Virus record (IMG/VR): IMGVR_UViG_3300027836_000006
Origin: a virus
Lineage: Duplodnaviria; Heunggongvirae; Uroviricota; Caudoviricetes
Direction: 5' to 3' (one strand)
DNA length: 64,000 nucleotides
Below, in pieces: positions 27,127 through 35,649 of the stretch. The stretch's first letter is position 1, and each line of letters begins with the position of its first letter. The notes beneath the pieces are model-generated. The model ran no database searches and was not told the DNA's origin. It saw only the letters and a program-made list of their open reading frames with translations. The position numbers and the translations under genes are program-made.

Positions 27127-27740
27127 TTACAATGAAAGAATGGATGGAATTGGTTGACTATAAAATTACCGAAGGTGGTGATTATGGTTGGAGTTGTTAC
27201 GGCCCAAATGCCTACACACTGGATTCATGGAATGGTGTTCACGGCAAGGGTGGGTATAGTTTTAGTATTGTGTTCAGTACTAAAACTCAAAAGGTCTACG
27301 AAGTTAGCATGTGCGATTATACCAATGACCGTGCTTATCGAATGATTAATCCAAAGAATCAAAAGAAGCATGAAAAAGAAGCATTGGAACGTGGTGTTAA
27401 TTTGAATGAAGCGTGGGACGAAGTAGACTATGTTGATTTGGATGTAGTAGATGACTTTATCCAAAAAGCACTGGCTATTCGGGCAGGCGAAGAATATGAT
27501 ACCCGTGTACAAATACCGGTTGACTTTTCGGACGAAGACCTGTTACAATACATGAAACTAGCGCACGAGCGTGATATGACCTTTAACGAACTTGTTGAAG
27601 AAGCATTGCGCTTTGCTATTGAAGAATACGAAATGGGAAATCTTACTAAAGAAGATGCTCAAAAGTGGAAATTAGAAAGTCAGGGAAAACCTTGGCCATT
27701 TGAGAAAGAAGAAAGCAATGAAGATAAAGTTGGTCAGTGA
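27123..27740 (+). CDS. hypothetical acidic protein
   Basis: Start at the ATGA overlap with the upstream stop; the ORF track starts at 27084. Confidence 0.45.
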   Translation: MITMKEWMELVDYKITEGGDYGWSCYGPNAYTLDSWNGVHGKGGYSFSIVFSTKTQKVYEVSMCDYTNDRAYRMINPKNQKKHEKEALERGVNLNEAWDEVDYVDLDVVDDFIQKALAIRAGEEYDTRVQIPVDFSDEDLLQYMKLAHERDMTFNELVEEALRFAIEEYEMGNLTKEDAQKWKLESQGKPWPFEKEESNEDKVGQ

Positions 27741-28572
27741 TTTACATTTGGAATTTTCGGATTGTTTTATTAACAATAACGAAGGTGCCGATGTATTGAT
27801 TTTAGGTGGCGATATTATGATTGCCCAAGATCTCCACGACCATCATGCCGCTGACTTTAATCCTTACAGCAATGGCGCATTGGCAGACCTTAGCCGTAAA
27901 ATGCAACGGGTTGCTCGCTTTCGTGATTTCTTAAAGCGTTGCTCGTTTCAGTTCAAGGATGTTATCTACATTGCCGGCAACCATGAGTTTTACAATGGAA
28001 AGTTTTACGCTGGTATTGATTACCTGCGTGACGAGTGCTCTAAGTATCCTAACGTCCACTTCTTAGAGTGCGACACTAAAGTTATTGATGATGTAACATT
28101 CATCGGTGCTACATTGTGGACTGACATGAACAAGGGCGACCCTTTGACGATGCATGCCATTGAAGGTATGATGAACGACTTCCGTATCATTCGTAACGAC
28201 TATAGAAACTATGCGTGTATGAGTGCTCGAGATGTTGTTAGTCGTCACGCTAGAACTTTGCAATACTTTAGAACGGTGCTAGCAGAACAGCATGATAAGA
28301 AGTTTGTTGTAGTTGGACATCACAGTCCAAGTTTCCAAAGTGTAAATCCAATTTACGCACATGAAACTTTGATGAACGGTGGTTACCACAGTGACTTGAG
28401 TGAGTTCATTTTGGATCACCCACAGATTAAACTGTGGACACATGGTCACACCCATCATCCGTTTGATTACATGATTGGTGAGACTAGGATTGTATGTAAC
28501 CCACGTGGTTATGAAAACGACGGATACAGCGAAAACACAGGCTGGGATCCTACTAAAATTTTGGAGATTTAA
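27718..28572 (+). CDS. metallophosphoesterase (calcineurin-like)
   Basis: LVSDLHLEF, GGDI, GNHEFY, GHHS and GHTHH motifs. Start placed at the ATG giving MKIKLVSDLH. Confidence 0.65.
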   Translation: MKIKLVSDLHLEFSDCFINNNEGADVLILGGDIMIAQDLHDHHAADFNPYSNGALADLSRKMQRVARFRDFLKRCSFQFKDVIYIAGNHEFYNGKFYAGIDYLRDECSKYPNVHFLECDTKVIDDVTFIGATLWTDMNKGDPLTMHAIEGMMNDFRIIRNDYRNYACMSARDVVSRHARTLQYFRTVLAEQHDKKFVVVGHHSPSFQSVNPIYAHETLMNGGYHSDLSEFILDHPQIKLWTHGHTHHPFDYMIGETRIVCNPRGYENDGYSENTGWDPTKILEI

Positions 28573-28743
28573 ATGACAGAAGAAAAACGCCCCACAGTTG
28601 TTGAAATGCTGAGAACCACTGGCATGAATACTGCTGAATTTATGGATAAGGTTGCAGCTCATATTGAAACATTAGAGCAAGAAGTTATCCGCTTACGTCA
28701 ACGTGTTCAAGAAATGGAATTGAGTAATGACAACTCTAAGTGA
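28573..28743 (+). CDS. small hypothetical protein (56 aa, coiled-coil-like); not in the ORF track
   Basis: ATG directly after the upstream stop; translated by hand as MTEEKRPTVVEML... Confidence 0.3.
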   Translation: MTEEKRPTVVEMLRTTGMNTAEFMDKVAAHIETLEQEVIRLRQRVQEMELSNDNSK

Positions 28744-29044
28744 AAAAGACTTTAAGCTATTTAAAAAATGGCTTAAAAGCCATCTAGCATACGGGCCCGT
28801 AACTATTACCTTTACCAAAAAAGATGGTAGTGAACGAGTGATGGAGTGTACTACTAGTCCATCGCTTGTTCCATTTGTTGAAGAACCGATACACGTAACT
28901 AACACAGATAATCCAATAGATTTTCCAGTTCCAAAAAAGGAAAAGAAAGTCAACGAAGATATATGTCCAGTTTACGATTTAGAATCACAACACTGGAAGA
29001 GTTTTCGATGGGACAGTGTTAAACAAGTTACCCTTACTATTTGA
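28727..29044 (+). CDS. hypothetical protein
   Basis: 105-aa ORF only. Confidence 0.4.
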   Translation: MTTLSEKDFKLFKKWLKSHLAYGPVTITFTKKDGSERVMECTTSPSLVPFVEEPIHVTNTDNPIDFPVPKKEKKVNEDICPVYDLESQHWKSFRWDSVKQVTLTI

Positions 29045-29053
29045 AAGAATAAA

Positions 29054-29494
29054 ATGAAAATTGGACTAAGTTATAGCCGTTGCGTTCGAGACATTGTAGA
29101 CGGCGTAGTAGACATCGATGATGTTTTGGTACTTATCACTCGCACAGATTTTGATCCGCGAGATGCTGATCAATGGCAAGGAATTTGGATTGGCTACGGT
29201 GGTGGCACTGAAAATGCCTACTTGAATGGATTTTTTAGTCATAGCAATCCAGAGTGGGCTGGCTATGATGATGAGGATCAGTTCCGTAGTGTTAGTATCG
29301 AACTTTGGGAAACTGGTCGACTACACCAACCACGTAAGTTTGGCGCACATCCTAGTCGACGTCCTGAAATTTGGCTAGAAGCGGTGCTACCTAGCAGTGA
29401 GCTCGAAACTAATCCAGCCGCAAAAGCCGCTTGGGATAAGTTCCAAATGATTGCTGGATTGACTAACGTAAATCTAGACGACCAGTATCGTTGA
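29054..29494 (+). CDS. hypothetical protein
   Basis: 146-aa ORF. Its stop lies within the -35 of the next promoter. Confidence 0.45.
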   Translation: MKIGLSYSRCVRDIVDGVVDIDDVLVLITRTDFDPRDADQWQGIWIGYGGGTENAYLNGFFSHSNPEWAGYDDEDQFRSVSIELWETGRLHQPRKFGAHPSRRPEIWLEAVLPSSELETNPAAKAAWDKFQMIAGLTNVNLDDQYR

Positions 29495-29519
29495 CATTTT
29501 ATAGTTGTGGTGCTATACT
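29491..29519 (+). promoter_or_regulatory. sigma70-like promoter: TTGACA-N17-TATACT
   Basis: TTGACA at 29491-29496 overlaps a TGA stop. The -10 element TATACT is at 29514-29519. Confidence 0.55.
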
Positions 29520-29525
29520 ACGACT

Positions 29526-30053
29526 ATGAAGAAACTGTTACCTATACTGATACTTTTGGCACAACCTGCTTTGGCAGACGACTGCCGATTAGAATTGACT
29601 AGCCAAATGACTAGCCAGCGTACAGTTGGCGCAGTTGTCGATTTAGTTAAAAATAAATCTGAAAATTCTTGCCAAGTTAAATTTCGTATCAAAGTAAACG
29701 ACGAATGGCATAATGTAGATTGGACACAAACTGGATTTTATCAAACTGAGGTACTTTGCCAAATGGCAATACGGCAGGGTACTAGCGACTTGCTAGTCCA
29801 ATTGCCGGGCAAGTTTAAATCCGAATCCAAAATGGTTTGTAAATCAAAAGAGCCAAAGCCACTTGTATTAGGCTACGAAGGTAAAGAAACAGAATTTGGA
29901 TTGGATCAAAAAAATCCAATGTATTTCAAAATTGGCAAGGTATCCAAATGCCGTATGTTCAAAGGACATCATGCCGATGGTGTTGCCAATCCAATTTCAG
30001 GAGTTATTTGTTTGAACAATAATGAACTTTGGACATTCGTGGACAAGTTTTGA
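29526..30053 (+). CDS. secreted hypothetical protein (signal peptide MKKLLPILILLAQPALA)
   Basis: Start moved to the internal Met that begins the signal peptide. Confidence 0.5.
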   Translation: MKKLLPILILLAQPALADDCRLELTSQMTSQRTVGAVVDLVKNKSENSCQVKFRIKVNDEWHNVDWTQTGFYQTEVLCQMAIRQGTSDLLVQLPGKFKSESKMVCKSKEPKPLVLGYEGKETEFGLDQKNPMYFKIGKVSKCRMFKGHHADGVANPISGVICLNNNELWTFVDKF

Positions 30054-30054
30054 C

Positions 30055-30083
30055 TTGACTGAATAACAGTTTGATTGTATAAT
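30055..30083 (+). promoter_or_regulatory. sigma70-like promoter: TTGACT-N17-TATAAT
   Basis: TTGACT at 30055-30060 and TATAAT at 30078-30083. Confidence 0.6.
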
Positions 30084-30113
30084 TAACTTACATTAACACA
30101 CAGAGAGGCAGAT

Positions 30114-30242
30114 ATGAAAGGCTATTTAATTGCGTTTGTTTTGGGAATGGTTGTAGCAACTGTTGGAGTTTCCGGCATTGCTCGCATTTTTGATAAAGGT
30201 ATTGATACAGTTAAAACACACAGTCAGGAGTTGGCAAAATGA
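30114..30242 (+). CDS. small membrane protein (42 aa); not in the ORF track
   Basis: Translated by hand as MKGYLIAFVLGMVVATVGVSGIARIF..., one transmembrane helix. SD gagagg upstream. Confidence 0.35.
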   Translation: MKGYLIAFVLGMVVATVGVSGIARIFDKGIDTVKTHSQELAK

Positions 30243-30374
30243 GAATTTTCGTAGCACTTATTTTGGCTAGTAACATAGCCGCTTGTAGTACATCAGCTGG
30301 TTTAGTAAAAGGACTTGGTGAAGATATCAAGTCTGGAACTGACTGGACTGCTTCTAAAATCAAATCCAACTAAG
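30240..30374 (+). CDS. entericidin-like small lipoprotein (44 aa); not in the ORF track
   Basis: Lipobox IAAC. VKGLGEDIKSGTDW resembles the entericidin EcnA/B core, compare RGFGEDIKHLGNSI. Confidence 0.4.
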
Positions 30375-30382
30375 GACTTAAA

Positions 30383-30940
30383 ATGAAAAAGACTTTATTT
30401 CTACTACCAATCGTAGCCGCATTAGCCGCTTGTGGTACTACTGACCCGTACGGAAAACGTGCTGAACAAGAACGTGCTATTCAAACTAAAAGCGTTGAAC
30501 GTACAATTGACAAAGCACCGGACTGGATGGTTAAACTTCCTACTAGCTCGTCAGCTGTTTATTCCGCAGGTACTAGCTCAAGTGGTGACTACTCAATGGC
30601 TGTACACAAAGCCAAAGCAGAAGCATACGGTAAAATTTGTATGACTGCTGGTGGTACTGTTAGCCAACGTACTAAAATTTATAAAGCAGATACTGCCGAT
30701 GTTAGCTCAGAGTTGAGTGAGTTGGTTATTCGTACTGCTTGTAAAGAAGTCGACATTACAGGTGTCGAAGTAGCTGATAGAAAAATCATTGCTGATGGCG
30801 GACGTTATCGTGCGTATGTTCTTGTAGCACTTCCTACAGGTGATGCTAACATTTTGAAGAAGGCTAAAGATCAACAAAAGATTAATGAACTGGCCGCAAA
30901 ACGTGCTCCAGAAGCATTTAAAGAATTGGACGCACAATGA
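30383..30940 (+). CDS. lipoprotein (lipobox LAACGT), hypothetical
   Basis: Signal peptide plus Cys lipobox; 185 aa. Confidence 0.55.
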   Translation: MKKTLFLLPIVAALAACGTTDPYGKRAEQERAIQTKSVERTIDKAPDWMVKLPTSSSAVYSAGTSSSGDYSMAVHKAKAEAYGKICMTAGGTVSQRTKIYKADTADVSSELSELVIRTACKEVDITGVEVADRKIIADGGRYRAYVLVALPTGDANILKKAKDQQKINELAAKRAPEAFKELDAQ

Positions 30941-31383
30941 TTAGAGAGTACATTAACATCGTAGAATCGTTAGGCAAAGGCATTACTGACGAATGGTTTA
31001 AGGACGGTGGATTCAAAACCTACAAACGTCCTGCCAAAGAAAAATACGAAGTTGCGTCTGAGCCTGGAACTATTAATACCCTTGAAGGACCAGTTAATTA
31101 CCCAAAAGGGTTTTATATTATGACTGGGCCAAAAAGCGAGCAATATCCAATTAGTCCTGAAAAGTTTAATGAACTCAAAGACGATTTGGGTAACGGTATT
31201 TGTACACCTAAAAAAATCATAAAGATTGCTAAGTTAGCAGATCACTCAGGAACAGTCGATACCAGCTGGGGTGAGAAGTTACACTACAATCCTAATGAAG
31301 ATGTTATTGTACGACACGGTGAAAACGATTACGGTGTTGTAAAGAAAGACATCTTTGCTCAAACTTACGAGATGCCAAAATGA
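30937..31383 (+). CDS. hypothetical protein
   Basis: 148-aa ORF with an ATGA overlap to the upstream gene. Confidence 0.45.
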   Translation: MIREYINIVESLGKGITDEWFKDGGFKTYKRPAKEKYEVASEPGTINTLEGPVNYPKGFYIMTGPKSEQYPISPEKFNELKDDLGNGICTPKKIIKIAKLADHSGTVDTSWGEKLHYNPNEDVIVRHGENDYGVVKKDIFAQTYEMPK

Positions 31384-31556
31384 TTAAAATTATATTAGCA
31401 TTTTTAGTTGTATTTGGTGTTTGTTATTTTGGTATTAAAGGTTACAGAGATTTGTCTGGAAAGGACAAATGGGCATTGACAAAATTACTAGGTTATAGTA
31501 TACTTGTCGCAGTACTTACACTAGTGGTACTGACTGTATTCGTAATTGTTTTTTAA
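31380..31556 (+). CDS. small membrane protein (58 aa, two transmembrane helices); not in the ORF track
   Basis: ATGA overlap with the upstream gene; hydrophobic throughout. Confidence 0.3.
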   Translation: MIKIILAFLVVFGVCYFGIKGYRDLSGKDKWALTKLLGYSILVAVLTLVVLTVFVIVF

Positions 31557-31652
31557 GGATGTATATGGTTAATGATCGTTATCTTCGCCCACTGTATTTT
31601 GCTTTGGGTTTTGCTGTTTGCTTTTTTCTTTTTTCACAAGGTATTATTTAAA

Positions 31653-32447
31653 ATGAAACGTATTTTTACTCTCTCTATTCTCGCCGCCGCAATTCTTGCT
31701 ACAGGTTGTACCCGTATCGAAACTGGTGAAGTTGGTGTTCGCGTTGGCTTTGACAAGCAAGTTCAAAGTGGTGAATTATTGCCTGGCTCATTCAATCAGG
31801 TATTGATTGGCGATGTGTTGACATTTCCTATCAAGGATGTCAATGTTACATTAGAGAACATGACTCCAGTAGCTAAAGACAACTCTACCATGAAAGACTT
31901 TGATGCTGTAGTTGTTTACAACATCAACCCACAACAAGTGTCAGAACTGTACGCTACAAAAAACAAGGCTTTTCACGCTGACTTCAAGGGTGACACGTAT
32001 GTGATGTACAATTACATTGTGCAAAATGCTCGCAATGCTATCTACAAGGCTGCACGTAAGTACGATGCATTGGACATGGCAGACAGCCGCGGTGAAATGG
32101 AAAAGTTCATCCAAGACGAGATTGTACGTAACTTGGCAGAAGAAAAGTTGGACGGCACTATTATGATTAGCCAAGTGTTGATTCGTAATGTTGTGCCGGC
32201 TGACACTGTAGTTGAAAGTGCAAACGCATTGGTCCGTAGTAAAAACGAATTGAAACAAAAAGAAGTTGAAGTTAAGACTGCTGAAGCTGAAAGCCGTCGT
32301 ATGGCAGCATTGGCTAACAACAGTGGTAGTTCAATTGCGTTCATGCAAGCACAGGCTATGTTGAACATCTCCGAAGGTATTAAGAACGGCCGAGTGCAGA
32401 CCATTGTTGTTCCAAGTAACTTCAACGCATTGATGATGAACAAGTAA
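31653..32447 (+). CDS. SPFH/band-7-like lipoprotein
   Basis: Start moved to MKRIFTLSILAAAILATGCT (lipobox). TGEVGVRVGF is the SPFH N-terminal motif, followed by coiled-coil-like sequence. Confidence 0.5.
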   Translation: MKRIFTLSILAAAILATGCTRIETGEVGVRVGFDKQVQSGELLPGSFNQVLIGDVLTFPIKDVNVTLENMTPVAKDNSTMKDFDAVVVYNINPQQVSELYATKNKAFHADFKGDTYVMYNYIVQNARNAIYKAARKYDALDMADSRGEMEKFIQDEIVRNLAEEKLDGTIMISQVLIRNVVPADTVVESANALVRSKNELKQKEVEVKTAEAESRRMAALANNSGSSIAFMQAQAMLNISEGIKNGRVQTIVVPSNFNALMMNK

Positions 32448-32448
32448 T

Positions 32449-32634
32449 ATGCTCTGGACTCTAATACTATTTGCACACGCCGGGGCATTGAGTAATACGG
32501 ATTCTATGGCCCTGGCTCAGGTACCTGGTTTCCGAACTCAACAAGAGTGTCGTGCTGCTGGTGATGATGCTAAAAAGATGGCACAGTCTACTACCAAAGT
32601 CATGAAGTATACTTGTGTAGAAGTTACCAAATGA
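32449..32634 (+). CDS. small secreted protein
   Basis: 61-aa ORF with a signal-like N-terminus. Confidence 0.4.
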   Translation: MLWTLILFAHAGALSNTDSMALAQVPGFRTQQECRAAGDDAKKMAQSTTKVMKYTCVEVTK

Positions 32635-32789
32635 GTAATCTTTGGTTCAACATCAGATTTGGTGTGCGCCATTTTCAGTGGTCAAGAGACTGGGAAATCA
32701 CATTCCGTGTGAATCCTTACTTCCTTGAGAACCCTCCAACTAAATGGTTTGAGGTTTATTGTTTATTTGGAAAGCAAGTAGGACTATGA
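32631..32789 (+). CDS. small hypothetical protein (52 aa); not in the ORF track
   Basis: ATGA overlaps at both ends. Confidence 0.3.
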   Translation: MSNLWFNIRFGVRHFQWSRDWEITFRVNPYFLENPPTKWFEVYCLFGKQVGL

Positions 32790-33013
32790 AAAAGATACCA
32801 ATGTTAGAAAAGTTTGCCGCACAGAGTCTTGTGGAATCGGATGGGGAACTCGTCTTCAGTAAAGAAAAGTTCGCCCTGTTGATTGTTCGAGAATGTTTAG
32901 GATGTTGCGAGCAAGTTATCAGTGACCCTGTTCCCGAATCAGTTGATACTTGGTTGAATGGTGGCACACAATGTATGGCGGAGATTAAACAACATTTCGG
33001 AGTTGAAGAATGA
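32786..33013 (+). CDS. small hypothetical protein; tandem paralog of 33010..33234
   Basis: Start at the MKKIPML Met. Ends ...IKQHFGVEE inside a repeated 28-nt block. Confidence 0.4.
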   Translation: MKKIPMLEKFAAQSLVESDGELVFSKEKFALLIVRECLGCCEQVISDPVPESVDTWLNGGTQCMAEIKQHFGVEE

Positions 33014-33234
33014 ACGAACGAGCAAATGAACTTATCAAGTCTATCCCAGACTTAAAGTATGATGCCAACACTGGAATGTTTGAAACTGATCGTAGAGCAT
33101 TGTATGACTTGGTTGAGTTGACGATTAGGGAATGTGCTAACATGGCAGAATCTTTCCATCGTCATCAATACGATTTTACAGGCAATTTAGAATTACACGA
33201 ATTTATCAAACAACATTTCGGAGTTGAAGAATGA
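33010..33234 (+). CDS. small hypothetical protein (paralog)
   Basis: Same C-terminal IKQHFGVEE and the same ATGA junction. Confidence 0.4.
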   Translation: MNERANELIKSIPDLKYDANTGMFETDRRALYDLVELTIRECANMAESFHRHQYDFTGNLELHEFIKQHFGVEE

Positions 33235-33428
33235 AACAATATTTTGAACAACAGATTGAGGGTGGTGCCACAGACAACTGGTTCTATGGCACAGAGATTG
33301 ACGGCACAGTGAGGATTGAACGGCACCGTGGTGCTATTGACTCACTGAGATTGACAGGACTGGAGTTTGATAGAATGATGGGATCTACTCCGTTCTTTCG
33401 ACCCTGTGTTTACGATGAACAGGTATGA
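33231..33428 (+). CDS. small hypothetical protein
   Basis: ATGA-coupled ORF. Confidence 0.35.
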   Translation: MKQYFEQQIEGGATDNWFYGTEIDGTVRIERHRGAIDSLRLTGLEFDRMMGSTPFFRPCVYDEQV

Positions 33429-33554
33429 ATGAACAAATTAAAGAACTTTCAGACAGGATTACAGCTTACCTAGCAATGGGTGGATTGTTTAATCCTGAAC
33501 TCGCCAATCATCTTGCAGTAAGAGATTTGTTGATAGAATGTAGAGAGGCACTGA

Positions 33555-33812
33555 ATGATATTTGATTGGTTTAAAAAGCGTGACTATAGTAACGTGATTC
33601 CCTTTCCAGAAGTTAAGACTCCTTACGTTGAACCTCCAGCACCAAAGAAAGAATCCAAAACATATTACACGTTTGGTCTTACAGATGACAATCGTTTGGC
33701 ATTTACAATGGGGTATACCACACTCACTATGAACCGTCCAGGCGTACAGAATTTGATTAATCAACTTGAGTTTTTTAGAGATCAGCTAAATGAGGAACAA
33801 GATGAAGACTGA
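33555..33812 (+). CDS. small hypothetical protein
   Basis: 85-aa ORF only. Confidence 0.35.
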   Translation: MIFDWFKKRDYSNVIPFPEVKTPYVEPPAPKKESKTYYTFGLTDDNRLAFTMGYTTLTMNRPGVQNLINQLEFFRDQLNEEQDED

Positions 33813-33981
33813 ACTGTGGACAGTTGGTGTCAGTACTGATCAAAGAGTTTATCTAGAAACCGATGACTTTACTCACGATGTGAGGTTGTACGTTAATGGC
33901 GATTTTGAAAACAAAGAACAAGAAATTAAATATGCCAGTGTCTTAGCAAGAAAATTAAATGGGACAATAGGCAATGTATAA
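33790..33981 (+). CDS. small hypothetical protein
   Basis: 63-aa ORF only. Confidence 0.35.
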   Translation: MRNKMKTELWTVGVSTDQRVYLETDDFTHDVRLYVNGDFENKEQEIKYASVLARKLNGTIGNV

Positions 33982-34198
33982 CGAAATCGAACTTATGGAA
34001 ATGGCTCGTGATTACGAAGCCATGGAACTAGTAGCATTACAGGACGCAGAAGAATTGCGTCAATTACGTAGCGGTGAAAAATTAGTTAAATTTGTAAGCA
34101 TGGATCATGCTATACAGATGTTACATCACGCACAGCGTTATGTTAGCGCAGAGCGTCGAGAATTAATGGATAAAATTAAAGGAAAAGAATATGCCTAA
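33974..34198 (+). CDS. small hypothetical protein
   Basis: 74-aa ORF only. Confidence 0.35.
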   Translation: MYNEIELMEMARDYEAMELVALQDAEELRQLRSGEKLVKFVSMDHAIQMLHHAQRYVSAERRELMDKIKGKEYA

Positions 34199-34811
34199 TT
34201 TGGTACCAATGGTAATTGAAAGTGAGCCCAAGGGCGAAAGAGCATATGACATTTATAGTCGTCTGCTCAAAGACCGTGTAATTATGTTGGACACGGATGT
34301 TAACGAGCATACATCGAGCTTGCTAGTTGCTCAGTTGCTCTTTTTAGAGAGTCAGGGTAATGAAGACATTAACTTGTTTATTAATAGCCCTGGGGGCTCC
34401 GTTACTGCTGGCCTTGCTATTTACGATACCATGCAGTTTATTAGACCCGACGTCGCCACATACGTTATGGGACAAGCCTGTAGTATGGGTTCATTCCTTG
34501 CTCAAGCCGGCGCCGCTGGAAAGCGTTTTGTACTGCCCGAAGCCCGGACTATGATTCATCGTGTTAGTTCAGGAACTCCAGGAACCCGCGGCACAGTACA
34601 CGTACAGGAACTGGAATTTGAAGACGCAAGACGTAGTTTTGAAGAATCTAAGCGTATTAACGAACGCCTAACTGAGCTATATGTCAAGCATAATACCGCT
34701 GGAAAAACGTATGAACAGCTATATGAAGCTATGAAATTTGATACGTTTTTGAGTGCTAAAGAAGCGGTAGAATACGGACTGGCTGACAAAGTTATAGAAA
34801 AACGCCCGTAA
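34191..34811 (+). CDS. clpP: ATP-dependent Clp protease proteolytic subunit
   Basis: [16 protein letters not shown]...[21 protein letters not shown]...[10 protein letters not shown]...MIHR, with the Ser-His-Asp triad positions conserved. Confidence 0.85.
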   Translation: MPNLVPMVIESEPKGERAYDIYSRLLKDRVIMLDTDVNEHTSSLLVAQLLFLESQGNEDINLFINSPGGSVTAGLAIYDTMQFIRPDVATYVMGQACSMGSFLAQAGAAGKRFVLPEARTMIHRVSSGTPGTRGTVHVQELEFEDARRSFEESKRINERLTELYVKHNTAGKTYEQLYEAMKFDTFLSAKEAVEYGLADKVIEKRP

Positions 34812-34825
34812 AACACGGGTTTTTT
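34803..34825 (+). terminator. rho-independent terminator
   Basis: Stem cccgt/acggg with an aaaac loop, followed by a T6 run. It overlaps the clpP stop codon. Confidence 0.55.
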
Positions 34826-34842
34826 GAAAAGCCGTAGTACAC

Positions 34843-34850
34843 TATAAATA
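34843..34850 (+). promoter_or_regulatory. T4-late-like TATAAATA motif 20 nt upstream of the start codon
   Basis: Exact TATAAATA. The same motif and spacing recur at 41864 and 43375. Confidence 0.35.
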
Positions 34851-34869
34851 CTAATGATAGGAGTGTGCT

Positions 34870-35598
34870 ATGGCCCGTTCAGCCTTTAATTGGTCCGCAT
34901 TGGATCGCAGTACCTTGTACTCTATGCTTTATCAGCTAAAATCAGAAATAGTTGATAAACGGCTATCCATAGGCGAAATTACCAGTACAATAAGTAAGCA
35001 TATTAAAGCCCATCTTCCTGTTAAAGTAACCAGCAGTAGATACAAACCTGTTAAACCAGGCGAAGTTTGGATAGGGGGTGCTTATCACAGCTACCTCGAT
35101 AGCGCAGGAAATAAACGATTTATTGAAGTAGAGCTAGCATTTCCAACAAGTGCCAATACTATGAAAACTAGTTTGTATCGTTGGGAACGTATGTGTCATT
35201 TATTTGCCGATACTATATTACACGAAATTATTCACACTCGCCAATATCGTGCTAGAAACTTTAAAGATATTCCTGGATTTGAAAGCACAGCTTATTATGC
35301 CAAAGATCGGCGCGAGCAAGAGTACTACGGGCACCGTGATGAAATGGGCGCACACTCATTTAATCTAGCACAAGACATGATTGATAAATTTGGATTTGAT
35401 ACCAAAGCTATCAAAGACTATTTAGACAGCCCTTTGCCAAAACGTGTTCGTCCAAACGGTTGGGGACGCTTTATGAAGGCATTTGAGTACGATCACACAC
35501 ATCCAAAAGTTATCCAAATGAAGCGTAAAATAATGAGCCAACTAGAATATGCTTACGCAGGTAAACCATTTAAGACAACAAATCACTTGACATACTGA
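34870..35598 (+). CDS. putative zinc metallopeptidase (HExxH)
   Basis: TILHEIIHTRQY contains an HExxH motif. It lies directly downstream of clpP. Confidence 0.45.
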   Translation: MARSAFNWSALDRSTLYSMLYQLKSEIVDKRLSIGEITSTISKHIKAHLPVKVTSSRYKPVKPGEVWIGGAYHSYLDSAGNKRFIEVELAFPTSANTMKTSLYRWERMCHLFADTILHEIIHTRQYRARNFKDIPGFESTAYYAKDRREQEYYGHRDEMGAHSFNLAQDMIDKFGFDTKAIKDYLDSPLPKRVRPNGWGRFMKAFEYDHTHPKVIQMKRKIMSQLEYAYAGKPFKTTNHLTY

Positions 35599-35615
35599 TA
35601 TATAGACTGTATAAT
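35587..35615 (+). promoter_or_regulatory. consensus sigma70 promoter: TTGACA-N17-TATAAT
   Basis: TTGACA at 35587-35592 and TATAAT at 35610-35615. Confidence 0.6.
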
Positions 35616-35649
35616 TAACACTTAAACAGTTAATTAAAAAGGTCTAAAA

